From Felis catus (taxonomy: Eukaryota): a stretch of DNA of 64,000 nt. Made by a program: the position numbers and the translations under genes. Shown piece by piece: positions 36,173 through 48,750 of this stretch. The notes beneath the pieces are model-generated. The model ran no database searches. It was not told where the DNA came from and saw nothing but the letters and a program-made list of their open reading frames with translations. Position 1 is the stretch's first letter. Every line of letters begins with the position of its first letter. The DNA is taken from contig NC_058368.1 in assembly GCF_018350175.1 (NCBI RefSeq), forward strand, positions 146,074,001-146,138,000, in the 5' to 3' direction.

Positions 36173-38023
36173 ACCCCCAGCATAAGAACTACCAGCCTTG
36201 ATTCTGGTAGTGAACAGTCATCAGGAGAAAATAGTTCCTACTATACTCCTTTAAAGTCTTCTATTGACATCACATGTATCCTCTAAGCATGAAGATCAGC
36301 TAAATCACATGTGATAGAAGGAAAGGAAAGGGAAGATGGAGGAGAGCTAATGTAACTGTAAAATTATGAAGTTGGAGCCATAAGCCACTGATGAGATTAC
36401 TTATAAAAATACCTATTATTTTATATTCTTAGCTTTCATTAAATCTAGACATTTCATATGAAACTTTCTGTACCATTTTGAAGAGTGGGATTTTCACAGG
36501 CAACACCTAACCAACCTCTTGAAATATGTGTATATGTGTGTATGTGAAGAAAAGTTTCCTAGGCATCCAACTAAGGCTGACAGGGTAGAGTTTTCTTCCA
36601 ATTTTGGCAGATAGAAGTGGTCAGCTTCTGGTCACCTTTGGCAGATAGAAGAAACTCTGGTCAGCTTTGGCAGATAGAAGTGTTGTCATCATTGATACCT
36701 CTAGTCTAGACAAACAACTGAATAAGACGGTGAATTTTAAGGTCCTAGATCCTGACCAAAGAATAAAAGAAATCAAATAGCCAAAAAAATTCATGCTCTG
36801 CAAGGTTCAGGTTAAGAAGCACTGATGAAATTCACCAAAGCAAGCATTGCTATTACAGTTCTCTTAATAAAATAAAGTATCAACATAATCCATCTCTGGG
36901 GGCTTCTGAGCAGAGATTCAGGATAAAGATCAGGTTTCCAGGACTGACTACAAATGTGCTCATCCTTTGGGAACACAGGAAAGGAAATCTAATGGTGTAG
37001 AAATCTTCACAGGGCAGCCTGGGGGAAAAAAAAAAAAAAGACTAGCAGAAAGGAGAAGAGCAGACTACCTGGGAAAAAAAGGAGACCAGCAGAAAGGAGA
37101 AGAACAGACTAGACAGCAAACTGTCCCAAAGAGCTTGAAGTCAGTAGCTCCCGAAACTATGCTTGATGCTTTCAAGGAGTAGAGAAGTAAATGAGTGATT
37201 GACATTAAGCCTTACTTGTTCAGATATACTGTGATTTTGGTTTGACTTTATTAATGAAATTAAACATTATTCTTATCTCTTGTGGCCAATTACTAGATTA
37301 TTTTTAAATGATCAGACTTTGTCTAGAAATTGGCATTCTTTTCCTATGATTTTCATCTTTTCTAAATTCTCGGAGTTTCCTGAAATTCCTAGCAAGAATT
37401 CTGGATATCCTAGCACTAATCTTATTTTATTTTTTTTAAATCTGCAGTTCCACCATCAACTGTGAACCCCTCATTACCATCATTTTTTTTTTTTTTTAGT
37501 TTTACTGAGATAAAACTGACAAGGAAAATTATAAGACAAAGGTAAAGCTATTTACCTTCCATGATTCTTAAAGAAAACACTTTTATTTCTTTTTGTTCTT
37601 CTGCTGTTTCCTCCTCTCTGTTATAAGTTTACATGCTAGCTTTATAATTAATTATAGTCATAATCTATTATTAGTTTCTCGTTATGATGGATTATGACTT
37701 AACCCACTTACACAGTGATCTTGCTAAGTTTTGTTTTTTGTTGTCTTCGTTATTTATTTTTGTTTCTATCAACTATAAACAGCATCTCGATTCCACTTCT
37801 CTCTTCTTCCTCATGTTCAACTGTCTGTACTTATACATTTATATTGTCAAATTTCATAACATTCCTTTTTTTTCTGTCAGTAAATACTTCTACTTTTTAT
37901 ATGTTGTTTGTTGTTTTAACTAACTCCTAAAGAGGACTTACTATGTGTCAAAAGCACTAAGTACTAAGTTACTTTGTGTAAAGTAACTTAAGCCTCTCAA
38001 TAAGACTATAAAATAGATAACTG

Positions 38024-38232
38024 TTGTTTTTTTTAACTTAATATTTATTTATTTTTGACACAGAATGAGAGAGAGAGCAAGAGCAGGGGAGGGGCAGAAA
38101 AAGAGGGAGACAGAGAATCCCAACCAGACTTCTCGTTGCCAGCACAAATCTCTATGTGGGGCTCAAACCCACAAACCCTGAGATGACCCGAACCAAAGTC
38201 AGACACTCAATCAGCTGAGCCACCCGGGTGTT
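38024..38232 (-). mobile_element. Can-SINE, older
   Basis: gagcaggggaggggcag..ctgagccacccgggtg. Confidence 0.88.
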
Positions 38233-39469
38233 CAACTATTATTTCTATCTTACAGAAAGGAAATTGAGTAACATAGAAATTAAGTAAATTTGTGGATTCA
38301 TACGGCCAGTAAGAATTTTAGATTCTGTTTTCTAAAATATTGGATAATACTATCTCTTTAGGTTGTCTCTTAAAGTTGAAAGTCATTAACCATTATTTAT
38401 ATCTAATGGCAACATAAACAGTATCCATTGCAGTGTCAAGTAATGAGTATTATGATTACACTTAGTTTTTTATCTGGTTTATTTGTTTTCTAATTGCTTT
38501 TCTTTTTTTTCTTACATTGCCTGCCTTTTCTGTCTTATAAAATCTTTTAATATCTCAAGAGTAGTATTGAATCTCCTTTTTTCTTTGACACCTTTTCCCA
38601 AGTCTTTCATTATCCTCCACTGATGGATCACTGCACAATCACTCCTCTCTTGGACTGAATCATTTGTTTGCAAATTTCACATTTTCCTCCTTAATTTACT
38701 GTCTTGCTGTGCCATAATGTATCCTCAAATAATATCCTAAGAAACGGTGGCAGAAAGTAACTTTCAGGGAAATAACATTTTTGATGGTCTTAGAAGTGTG
38801 TCCTTCTTGGGACAGTTGGTTTAACTGATTTTAGGATTCTAAGTTATCAGTAATTTCTACTCAAAGCTTTGAAGGCATTGTTCCATTACCTTCTAGCATT
38901 CAAAACTGTGGATTGGATGAGCAGTGCCAAACTACACTTGTCATTCATTGGTGTCCTGGTTCTTCTTCTTGGAACCTAATAGGATAATCTTTCTCCATGG
39001 TATTCTGAAATGATATGAAAATATGACAATTAGAGTGGGCTCTAATATTTCATGAACTGGTCTTTTTTAGTCTGGGGACTTTTGTCTTCCATTCTAGGAA
39101 TGAACTCTCTCTTTCTTTTTCATTTCCTTCTCTCTGTCTTCTCTGGTCTATTTCTAAAATTCCTATGAATAGGATATTGGACTTCTGAATTATTATATAT
39201 GTTAATATATGTCTTACAACATTTCTCTCACTTTTAAAATCTTTTTAACTTTTTGATTTTTATTCTGGATTTACTCAACAGTCTCAACTCTTGCAATTTT
39301 TTTCCTTTTCTTATTTTAATTTCAAAAAACATATTTTTGTAAGCATCTAGAGCTCTTTTTGTTCTCTAACTTTTCTTTCCTCATTGCATCTTTTTTGTTT
39401 CTTTGTTTTATGGATGCAGGATCTTCTCTGATCTTTCTAACATTAATTAGAAAGATTTGTTTTTCTCTA

Positions 39470-39702
39470 GGGGTGCCTGGACGGCTCAGTCGGTTGAATA
39501 TCTAACTCTTGATTTTGACTCAGGTCATGATCTCAGGATTATAGGATTGAGCCCCAAGTTGGGCTTTGCATTGGACATGGAACCTGGTTGAGATTTTTCT
39601 CTCTCTCCCTCTCTCTCTCTTTCTACCTCCCTCCCTCTCCCCCATCCCTCTCTCCTGCTTACATTCTCTCTCTAAAATAAAAAAAAAATAATAAAAAAAA
39701 TT
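39470..39702 (+). mobile_element. Can-SINE, older
   Basis: ggggtgcctggacggctcagtcgg head; TSD agaaagattt. Confidence 0.9.
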
Positions 39703-41202
39703 AAGAAAGATTTTTTTTCTACATTCTGAATTAACTCTCTTTCCTTCAGGATCACTTTTTTTTCTGTTGTTAATTTTGATTTTGATTTGTGTGTTGTTGT
39801 TGCAGTATTTTCTCATGTTTGGTGTCCCTTGTTTTTCATGTATATTTTAGCACAGGCCACTGAAGTCAGTTTGTAAGCTTTCTGAGGGTAGGCAGGGCTT
39901 GTCAATCAGCCAGCTGCACTGTAGGGTGAGTGGTCAGGGAGCCAGCTCTCACACTAGGGGACCCTACCCTGACAGAACAGATGCATTTGCTCCAGTGCCT
40001 TTCTTGGCTGTCCTGGTTCTTCTTAGATTGCTCATTCAATACCATGAGAAAAGATCCTCCTCCTTTTTCCATTTGTTGGTTTGTTCAAAGAGTATATGTC
40101 TGACTGCCAGGAGTGCTGTGTTTAGGGGGAGGGAAGGAAGTGGCCAGGTAGTCCGTATTTTGTACTTCCATTAGTCCTTCATTCCATGCCCCCTGTTTCA
40201 CTCTGACTCTTCATTGTCCCTGTGATTCTGAGAGCCACACCTCTCCAGTGCTGTGCACAGCCAATGGGTTTCATTCTCTAAGGCTTTCCCCTCACATTTC
40301 AGGCTTCAGCTTCCTCTATTCCACATCAACAAACACCAGTCATCCTCGTACAGGAAAATGTTAAAATCTCTGTTCTGATGACGGCTCCCTTCCCAGTTTC
40401 TTCAGCCTTCCAGGACTGAAGATCTTCCTTTCCAGTTCTCACTGTTCTTCCACCACAGTTTAATTAAATCTGAAGTTCCTGGGTGAGGCTTAGTTATAGA
40501 TGTGAATATTTATAAAAAAAAAAAAAAAAAGATCTATGAATGATCATAACATGGAACTGGGGAGAGAACGATAGCTTTTGCTGTGAGCACAGAGGAGCAG
40601 GTTGTAATCTCTCTCAGTGCTGGTATTTGTCTCTTTGTATGACCTGTTTTACCTTTCCTGCCTTGGTAGACATTTTTGAAAGACACTTGATTACATATTA
40701 AGTCATTAACCAAAGTTTGGAGAGTGCCATATCAAGCTACTGAAGTGTTATTATCAAGTTCTGTTAGTTGTCAAATATGAGTGACTGTTTTTAATGGTCA
40801 TAGGATCAGGGCATTGCTGAGTCCTGTGTTTCCATGGTACAGTGGCACAGAAAAGTCTCCTGTGATGCCCATTTACAGGAATACAGGTCTTTGTGGCCAC
40901 TCACGCAATGATGTAATATTATGTCACTCTTAAACTTCCCATAAGGAAAATGATGCATTCCTATGTTAAGCACATACCTGAATATATATGTATCCCAGTT
41001 CAAATTATCCTGTTGATAATTCCTAGTATGATAATTTCCCTTGAAATATGATTGGAAACATGTATTTTTAGTATGTAAGTTTGCAAAACTTTTACCTGAA
41101 GCATGATTGTATTCATTTGGCTAGAAATCTCTGAGTTGTTTTCCATGTCCCACTTTCAAGTTAAAGCTGCCACTCCCTGGAAGGTAAGTTTTCCCCGCTA
41201 TA

Positions 41203-41385
41203 ACAGAGTTCGGAAATTCTAGTGTGCATCACCTGGTGAATTTATTAAAAATACAAAATGCTGGGCCTTGAACCCAGAAAGTCTGATTCAGGACATCTGG
41301 ACCAAGGCCCAGGAATCTGCTTTGAAATTAAATTGTACAGGTTATTCCAATGCAGTTAGTACGTGCATTTGAGAATCCCACTCTG
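41203..41385. mobile_element. MER5-like hAT MITE
   Basis: catcacctggtgaatttattaaaaatac..tctgattcagg..ggcccaggaatctgc. Confidence 0.6.
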
Positions 41386-41596
41386 AGGCATAGAGGAAAA
41401 AGAGGGAGATTAACTAACAAGCCAGTGTATCTTGATAAATACTTTAGGAGGAAATAGATCAGAGAAAATCAGCATGTAAAGGTCTCTAATGTACCTGGGT
41501 CCCACTAGAGTTAAATAGATGGTGATTCACATTATACATGTAAATGAACCAAAGAGATATGGATGTCATTATTAGATTTCTTTATTTCTCTCTTCT

Positions 41597-41647
41597 TTCC
41601 TTCCTTCCTTCCTTCCTTCCTTCCTTCCTTCCTTCCTTCCTTCCTTC
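41597..41647. repeat. (TTCC)n microsatellite
   Basis: Direct observation. Confidence 0.95.
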
Positions 41648-43007
41648 GTCTCTCTTTCTTTTTTTCTTTCTCTCTTTCTTAAGAAAAACTCATTTACTTA
41701 AAGAAGTTTTAATTACCAAAATGCTAAACTTTGAAATGATGATATTTTCATTTGCTTTGTGAATAGTAATCCTAAAGAATAATGTTTCTTCTGCATATTG
41801 AATTGATGGGCCTCTCTCAAATACACAAGATACATAACCTCCACCTGCCCTTTTAAAATAAATAGCGCTTTTCATACTTGTCTTTTCCCAAGAATATCTC
41901 TTATTCTCTGAACCCCTTTGTTTGTTCATTGCGTCAGGGCAAACCACAGGCTCTAACACAAAAGTGAACAGGTAAACATGTTGGAACTGGAAGACTTTCT
42001 TTGCTGTCAAGTATTTTACTTGGAAGAAAGATCACCAAAGGGAGCTATTTAGTTGAGAATAAATATTCAAATAAAGTTAGCATTGCATTCAAGCTATCTC
42101 GCTCACTTTTTAAGAACTTGAGCTATTTTCCTCTGCCTTATTATACATGTAGACAGGTAGAAACCTGCAAACTCAAACTGTGAAGGAAGAAAGGTGACAG
42201 AAGTCTTTGTTAGATTCTTAAAGTAGATTGGCCTGTCTTCCTCTAGTGTATATCCAGCAGACAAGTAGTTGTGATTGTTTTACAGGTATTCAATTCTACA
42301 GGGAAGTTACTCGCTCTGATTGAAAAGTCTAGCACGATTGGGCCCAAAATAACAATGGCCAGATGCCAAGTGAAATTCCCCCTAAGCATGAATATCTTCC
42401 CCATTTCCACAATCCCAGACAAAGGTTGCTTCAAATCTGTTCACCACCACCCCCCACTCTGTCTGTCTACTAGGGCAAAAGCCCTTCACTTACCTTCACT
42501 TAAATTGTTTCTACTAGCCTCCATTTCTCACTTGGCTGTAAGTTTGTGGCCAACATTTAATGGCTTACATGTGGCCTGATTTAGCAAAACTTAGATCTGC
42601 TAAACCCGCAGTTTTACAGATATGTTAATCCATAAATGATTAACTTCCTTTTACACATAGAAATTTCCTCAATTTGGGGGCTAGTCACACAGGAGAGAAG
42701 AAAGAAAGGGAAAAATAAGGAGGATGTCTGTCTTTGAACCCATCATCCTCCTATAACCTAATAGTTCCTTCACTCGGGGCTTGGAAATGGACTTCAATCT
42801 TCTCTTTCCATTATTTTTCTTGTGACAGATTATTTTTTTTAAGGATCAGCTTACCTATAACATCTTGTAACCAAAATTAAAAATAAAATCAAGAGAAGGA
42901 AAATTTGCTAATTCACATATTATAAGGTTGATGAGAATATGCTTAAGAAAAGTAAATATATCAACCATTTTTATTCATTAAAAATGCATTTACTGATGGC
43001 TCATTCT

Positions 43008-43034
43008 TCAAAATTTTTTGAAGTTAATTTATTT

Positions 43035-43075
<41 letters not shown>

Positions 43076-43242
43076 ATGAGTAGGGGAGGGGCAGAGAGAG
43101 AAGGAGACACAGACTCTGAAACAGGCTCCAGTCTCTAAGCTGTCAGTGCAGAGCCTGACGCAGGGCTTGAACTCATGGACAGCAAGATCATGACCTGAGC
43201 CGAAGTTGGATGCTCAACCGACTGAGCCACCCAGGCACCCCC
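43008..43242 (-). mobile_element. Can-SINE with long (GA)n
   Basis: Perfect 16-bp TSD actgatggctcattct at 42992 and 43243. Confidence 0.95.
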
Positions 43243-43292
43243 ACTGATGGCTCATTCTATGCCAGGCACTGAGTTTAAATAATGGTCCTACT

Positions 43293-43399
43293 GTGTCTGC
43301 TTTGGCAACACATATACTAAAATTAGAACAATACAAAGAAGATTAGCATGACTCCTGTGCAAGGATGAAATGTAAATTCGTAAAGTATTCTGTATTTTT
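43293..43399 (+). pseudogene. U6 snRNA retropseudogene, full length
   Basis: Ungapped match to U6 (cacatatactaaaatt..agaagattagcatg..gcaaggatga..aaattcgt..tattttt) with ~19 substitutions by my count; ACAGAGA box mutated to ACAAAGA. Confidence 0.93.
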
Positions 43400-43402
43400 T
43401 AA

Positions 43403-43616
43403 CTTAATTTTTTTAATGTCTTACTTATTCTTAAGAGAGAGAGAGACAGAGCAGGAGCAGGTGAGCGCAGAGCGAGAGAGGGACACAGAATCTGAAGTAG
43501 GCTCCAGGCTCTGAGCTGTCAGCACAGAGCCCGATGCGGGCTTGAACTCATAGAGTGCGAGATCATGACCTGAGCCGAAGTCGGACGCTCAACCAACTGA
43601 GCCACCCAGGCACCCC
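43403..43616 (-). mobile_element. Can-SINE inserted at the U6 3' end
   Basis: TSD tctgtatttttt at 43389 and 43617. Confidence 0.93.
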
Positions 43617-44990
43617 TCTGTATTTTTTTAAAAGAGGAAGAAATAGAACTCTCACTGATTGTTACATTCATATCACCCAAACTTAGAAAAAATGTAGTCT
43701 TCATTTCTACCTGCCACTTGTGTTTATTGATTTTTATTTTAGAAAAACAGTTTTTTATTTCTTGCCCTTTTCTATCACAGAAGAATATTTTCTGGTGTTT
43801 TTGAAATCTTCTATGATGGTTCATTATCATCAGTCCTCAAACTGTGGTTGCTATATGCTGGGATGGGACTGCCATCTGAGGGCTTAATGGCGAGATATAT
43901 GAGTCAAAATACAATGATCTGACATGGCATCATGTTTGTGATCTCAAGTTGAGTTCTTTACCTAGTAAATAACAGCAACTATTTCCTAATTTTTTCTTGG
44001 GTACTACCGGCCAAGATTAAAGACATATAATATTAATACAGTAACATCAGACACTAATCATCAAAATATTTCCATTAGATTTTTTTCTCTTAATTACAAT
44101 AGAATATGAGTTTAGCTTTCTTCATTTTATAATACTTTAAATTGTAATACAAGACACGAATGAAAACAGGTGGTTCTGCCTGGCCCTGTGGTTCAGTTTT
44201 CTGGACCCAGGAGTAGGACCAGGCTGCCTTGTCATAGATGACTAAAAGCGCCATGGCAAACCAAGCTGAGGAGAGGAATTGATGAGGTAATTAGATCTAT
44301 GTGAGCAGACCAATTCGTATCAAATAAATAATTTAATTCTAGCCTTTTTCATTAATATTTTAAAAACTAGAAGATGGGAGATTTTTGGCTGTCTCCTTCT
44401 CGTACCCATAAATGACACTCACAGCATTCAAAATGCCTGTTGCTAGTGTAAGCTTAAAAAGTATCTCAAGCATTAGATTAGCATTAAAAGGTTTGAGACT
44501 AATACCTAGATTTTGACTCCTAATCCAATGCTTTTCCCAGTATAATACGATATCTTGGTCTTCAGCAGGAGATATTTTTGCTGAAAGGGAATTTCTTATA
44601 GGACATAAAGGCTAATAGGATCTAATCTGGAATGCCCAACAGAATCCTTTAGCCTTAGTCTTCAAGGTCCAAGTGTGAGCAACTGTCACAAGCTGCAAGT
44701 TCTCAGCAGAAGCAAGTATGTGGACACAGGGATGAGACAGAGATGGAAGGAATAAGAAGTATTGTTTCTCTCCTGTCTCCTGTCCTGCCCCCAACCAAAA
44801 TGTACCCATGACTCTCACTCCTGAATCAGTTTTGAAGGCAGAGAGAGCACTTGCAGAATGGCTGGATATTCGGAGAAGTACTGCTCTTCGTTTTAGTGCC
44901 CCTCATATCTGAAATCCAGAACAATTGCAATCCTTGATTCCTGGGTTAAACCACAATGTTGAGAAGCTGTTCTATGTGAAGAGAGAGGGT

Positions 44991-45213
44991 GATATGCCTG
45001 GTGGCTGAATCGGTTGAACATACAGCTTTGGATTTCGACTCAGGTCATGATCCCAGGATCATGGTATCAAGCTCCACACTGAGTGTGTAGCCTGCTTAAG
45101 ATTCTCTTTCTTTCTCCTCCCCTCCCTTTTCTCTCCCCCCCCCACTTGCTCTCTCTCTCTCAAATAAAAATTAAAAACAATAAAAATAATTTAAAAATAA
45201 AAAATAATTTTAA
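44991..45213 (+). mobile_element. Can-SINE, older
   Basis: gcctggtggctgaatcggtt head; TSD aagagagagggt. Confidence 0.88.
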
Positions 45214-45403
45214 AAAGAGAGAGGGTAAGTGGATCAATCACTTTCTGAAGTCATTTCCTAACAGTCAAATGAAAAATCTCATGACAAAACCTGACACAAT
45301 TTATTATTTTTTTCAATTTTTTTATTCAATTAAATTTTAATATAATAGTAGCATATTAGAAAGTAGTAACATCAAACTATTTGGTTGCATAGGACAGATT
45401 TCT

Positions 45404-45616
45404 TTTTTTTTTTAATTTTTTTTTAACATTTATTCACCTTTGAGAGACAGACAGAGGACAGTGGGGGAGGGGCAGAGAGAGAGGGGACACAGAATCAGAA
45501 GCAGGCTCCAGGCTCTGAGCTGTCAGCACAGAGCCCAATGCAGGACTTGAACCCATGTGAGATCATGACCTGAGCTGAAGTGGATCACTTAACCAATTGA
45601 GCCACCCAGGCACCCC
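45404..45616 (-). mobile_element. Can-SINE
   Basis: TSD ggacagatttct; gagccacccaggcacccc. Confidence 0.93.
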
Positions 45617-45799
45617 ATGGGACAGATTTCTAAAAAATACTTTGAACTTCCTAATTCCAGTGTAATTTCCCAAATTGTCACCATGGTATAGTACAGACAA
45701 AGGCATATTTACAGAATAGTAGTCTATTGCAAAGGAAACATAAAATACCAGGCATAAAGCAAAATAACATTTGAACAACACAAACATAATTTAAAAATG

Positions 45800-45911
45800 A
45801 GGGGAACCTGGGTAGCTCAGTTGGTTAAGGATCTGACTTTTGATTTCGAGATCAATCCCCAAGTTGGACTCCTTGCTGGGCATAGAGCCTGCTTAAGATT
45901 GTCTCTTTCCC
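45800..45911 (+). mobile_element. Can-SINE 5' half; 3' half at 48751-48880, split by an L1
   Basis: ggggaacctgggtagctcagttgg head ending at gcctgcttaagatt; CT tract and tail resume after the L1 poly-A. Confidence 0.85.
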
Positions 45912-48750
45912 AGTTGTTGAGCCCGGGAAGACAGAGCTCAGCTCGGTGGGGGAACAAAGGCACTGTCAAGTGCCATTTCCCTCACCCATCCCCCAGCCAA
46001 AATTCCAAAGGGAACCAGTTCCCGTCACCAAACTTGCCTGCACCCCGCAAATGCCAGCACTGTGCTTCTGTGTATCCATCCCTCCGACGGGCCTGCCTCC
46101 CTCCCAGTGCTGCAGGCCCCCTCCCACAGGGGACCACTGACAGCAATGTAGCTAAGCCTGACCCTCCCGCCCCTGTGCACCTTGTGGATCTGCCCCGGCT
46201 AATATGCTCTTGGCCAGATCCCATCAAAGCAGCACCACAAGCCTGGCAGTGTGCAAGTAGCACAGACAGGGGCCACACCACTCCACAGTGAGTCCTGCCT
46301 CTGGGGGAGGGGAAGGGAAGGTACACACCAGTCTGAGTGTGGCCCCAGCAGTGGGCTGGGGGCAGACATCAGGTCTGACTGTGGCCCTGCCCACCAACAC
46401 AAGTTACTCCAGACAGCACAGGGGAAGTGCCCTGCAGTTTGGAGCCACCACAGGGACTAACCAAAATGACAAAACGGAATAATTCTCAAAAGAAACTCCA
46501 GGAAGTAGCGACAGCTAATGAATTGATCAAAAACGATTTAAGCAATATAATGGAACAAGAATTTAGAATAATAGTCATAAAATTAATTGCTGGGATTGAA
46601 AAAGCAGAGAGGAGAGCAGAGAATCTATTGCTACAGAGATCAAGGGGCTAAGAAATCGTCATGAGGAGCTAAAAACTGCTACAAATGAGGTGCAAAATAA
46701 AATGGAGGCAGCCATAGCACAGATTGAAGAGGCAGAGTAGAGAATAGATGAATTAGAAGAAAAAATTATAGAATTAATAATTATTAATTAGAATTAATAT
46801 TAATTAGAATTAATAATCATAAAATTATGGTATGATACTATACATGGGAAACCCGACAGACTCCACCAAAAGTCTGCTAGAACTGATACATGAATTCAGC
46901 AAAGTTGCAGGATACAAAATCAATGTACAGAAATCAGTTGCATTCTTATACACTCATAATGAAGCAACAGAAAGACAAATAAACTGATCCCATTCACAAT
47001 TGCACCAAGAATCATAAAATACCTAGGAATAAACCTACCCAAAGATGTAAAAGATCTGTATGCTGAAAACTATAAAAGCTTAAGAAGGAAATTGAAGAAG
47101 ATACAAAGAAATGGAAAGACATTCCGTGCTCATGGATTGGAAGAATAAATATTGTTAAAATGTCAATACTACCCAAAGCAATCTACACATTCAATGCAAT
47201 CCCAATCAAAATTGCACCAGCATTATTCTTGAAGCTAGAACAAGCAATCCTAAAATTTGTGTGGAACCACAAAAGACCCCGAATAGCCAAAGTAATATTG
47301 AAGGAGAAAACCAAAGCGGGAGGCATCACAATCCCAGACTTTAGCCTCTACTACAAAACTGTAATCATCAAGACAGCATGGTATTGGCACAAAAACAGAC
47401 ACATGGGCCAATGGAATAGAGAGTCCAGAATTGGACCCACAAAAGTATGGCCAACTAGTCTTTGACAAAGCAGAAAAGAATATCCAGTGGAAAAAAGTCT
47501 GTTTAACAAATGGTGCTGGGAGAACTGGACAGCAACATGCAGAAGAATGAAACTAGACCACTTTCTTACACCATTCACAAAAATAAACTCAAAATGGATG
47601 AAGGACCTGAATGTGAGACAGGAAACCATCAAAACCCTAGAGGAGAAAGCAGGAAAAAACCTCTCTGACCTCAGCCATAGCAATTTCTTACTTGACACAT
47701 TTCCAAAGGCAAGGAAATTAAAAGCAAAAGTGAACTATTAGGACCTCATGAAGATAAAAAGCTTCTGCACTGCAAAGGAAACAATCAAAAAACTAAAAGG
47801 CAACCGACAGAATAGGAAAAGATATTTGCAAATGACATATCAGACAAAGGGCTAGTATCCAAAATCTATACAGAACTCACCAAACTCCACACCTGAAAAA
47901 CAAATAATCCAGTGAAGAAATGGGCAGAACACATGAATAACACTTCTCTAAAGAAGACATCCAGATGGCCAACAGGCACATGAAAAGATGCTCAATGTTG
48001 CTCCTCATCAGTGAAATACAAATCAAAACCACGCCGAGATATCACCTCATGCCAGTCAGAGTGGCCAAAATGAACAAATCAGGAGACTATTGATGCTGGC
48101 GAGGATGTGGAGAAACAGGAACCCTCTTGCACTGTTGGTGGGAATGCAAACCGGTGCAGCCGCTCTGAAAAATAGTGTGGAGGTTCCTCAAAAAATTAAA
48201 AATAGATCTACCCTGTGACCCAGCAATAGCACTGCTAGGAATTTACCCAAGGGATACAGGAGCGCTGATGCATAGGGGCACCTGTACCCCAATGTTTATA
48301 GCAGCACTCTCAACAATAGCCAAATTATGGAAAGAGCCTAAATGTCCATCAACTGACTAATGGATAAAGAAATTGTGGTTTCTATATACAATGGAATACT
48401 ACGTGGCAATGGGAAAGAATGAAATATGGCCTTTTGTAGCAACGTGGATGGAACTGGAGAGTGTTATTCTAAGTGAAATAAGTGATACAGAGAAAGACAG
48501 ATACCATATGTTTTCACTCTTATGTGTATCCTGAGAAACTTAACAGAAGACCATGGGGGAGGGAAAGGGAAAAAAAAGAGAGGGGGAGGGAGCCAAACCA
48601 TAAGAGACTCTTAAAAACTGAGAACTGAGGGTTGATGGGGGTGGGAGGGAGGGGAAAGTGGGTGATGGGCATTGAGGAAGACACCTGTTGTGATGAGCAC
48701 TGGGTGTTGTATGGAAATCAATTTGACAATAAATTTCATATTAAAAAAAA
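45912..48750 (+). mobile_element. Felid LINE-1, 5'-truncated in the UTR and internally deleted: partial 5' UTR, ORF1 start, ORF2 3' part, 3' UTR, poly-A
   Basis: ORF1 ATG at 46466 (MTKRNNSQKKLQEV..); ORF2 fragments [43 protein letters not shown] at 48728; TSD aagatt(g/c)tctct(t/c)tccc; stops and frameshifts. Confidence 0.96.

Larger units (their letters stand above)
37300..40450 (-). mobile_element. Ancient L1 (L1M-like) 5'/ORF1 region, heavily degraded and interrupted by SINEs
   Basis: Long T/pyrimidine-skewed tract with antisense L1 ORF1-like motifs (ttccattaccttctagcatt; tattctgaaat). Confidence 0.4.

Noticed and set aside
36603..36682. CRISPR-like repeat-spacer array
   Set aside because: Mammalian DNA, 15-bp repeats, short mutually related spacers, no cas genes.
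42285..42370. Exon-like VFNSTGKLLALIE after ttttacag (WD40-looking)
   Set aside because: No good donor, and the similarity is too short to be meaningful.
43293..43399. Functional U6 gene
   Set aside because: About 18% diverged from a nearly invariant RNA, ACAGAGA box mutated, no upstream Pol III elements seen.
45797..46291. 164-aa Pro-rich ORF
   Set aside because: Read-through from a SINE head into the GC-rich L1 5' UTR; no gene-like context.
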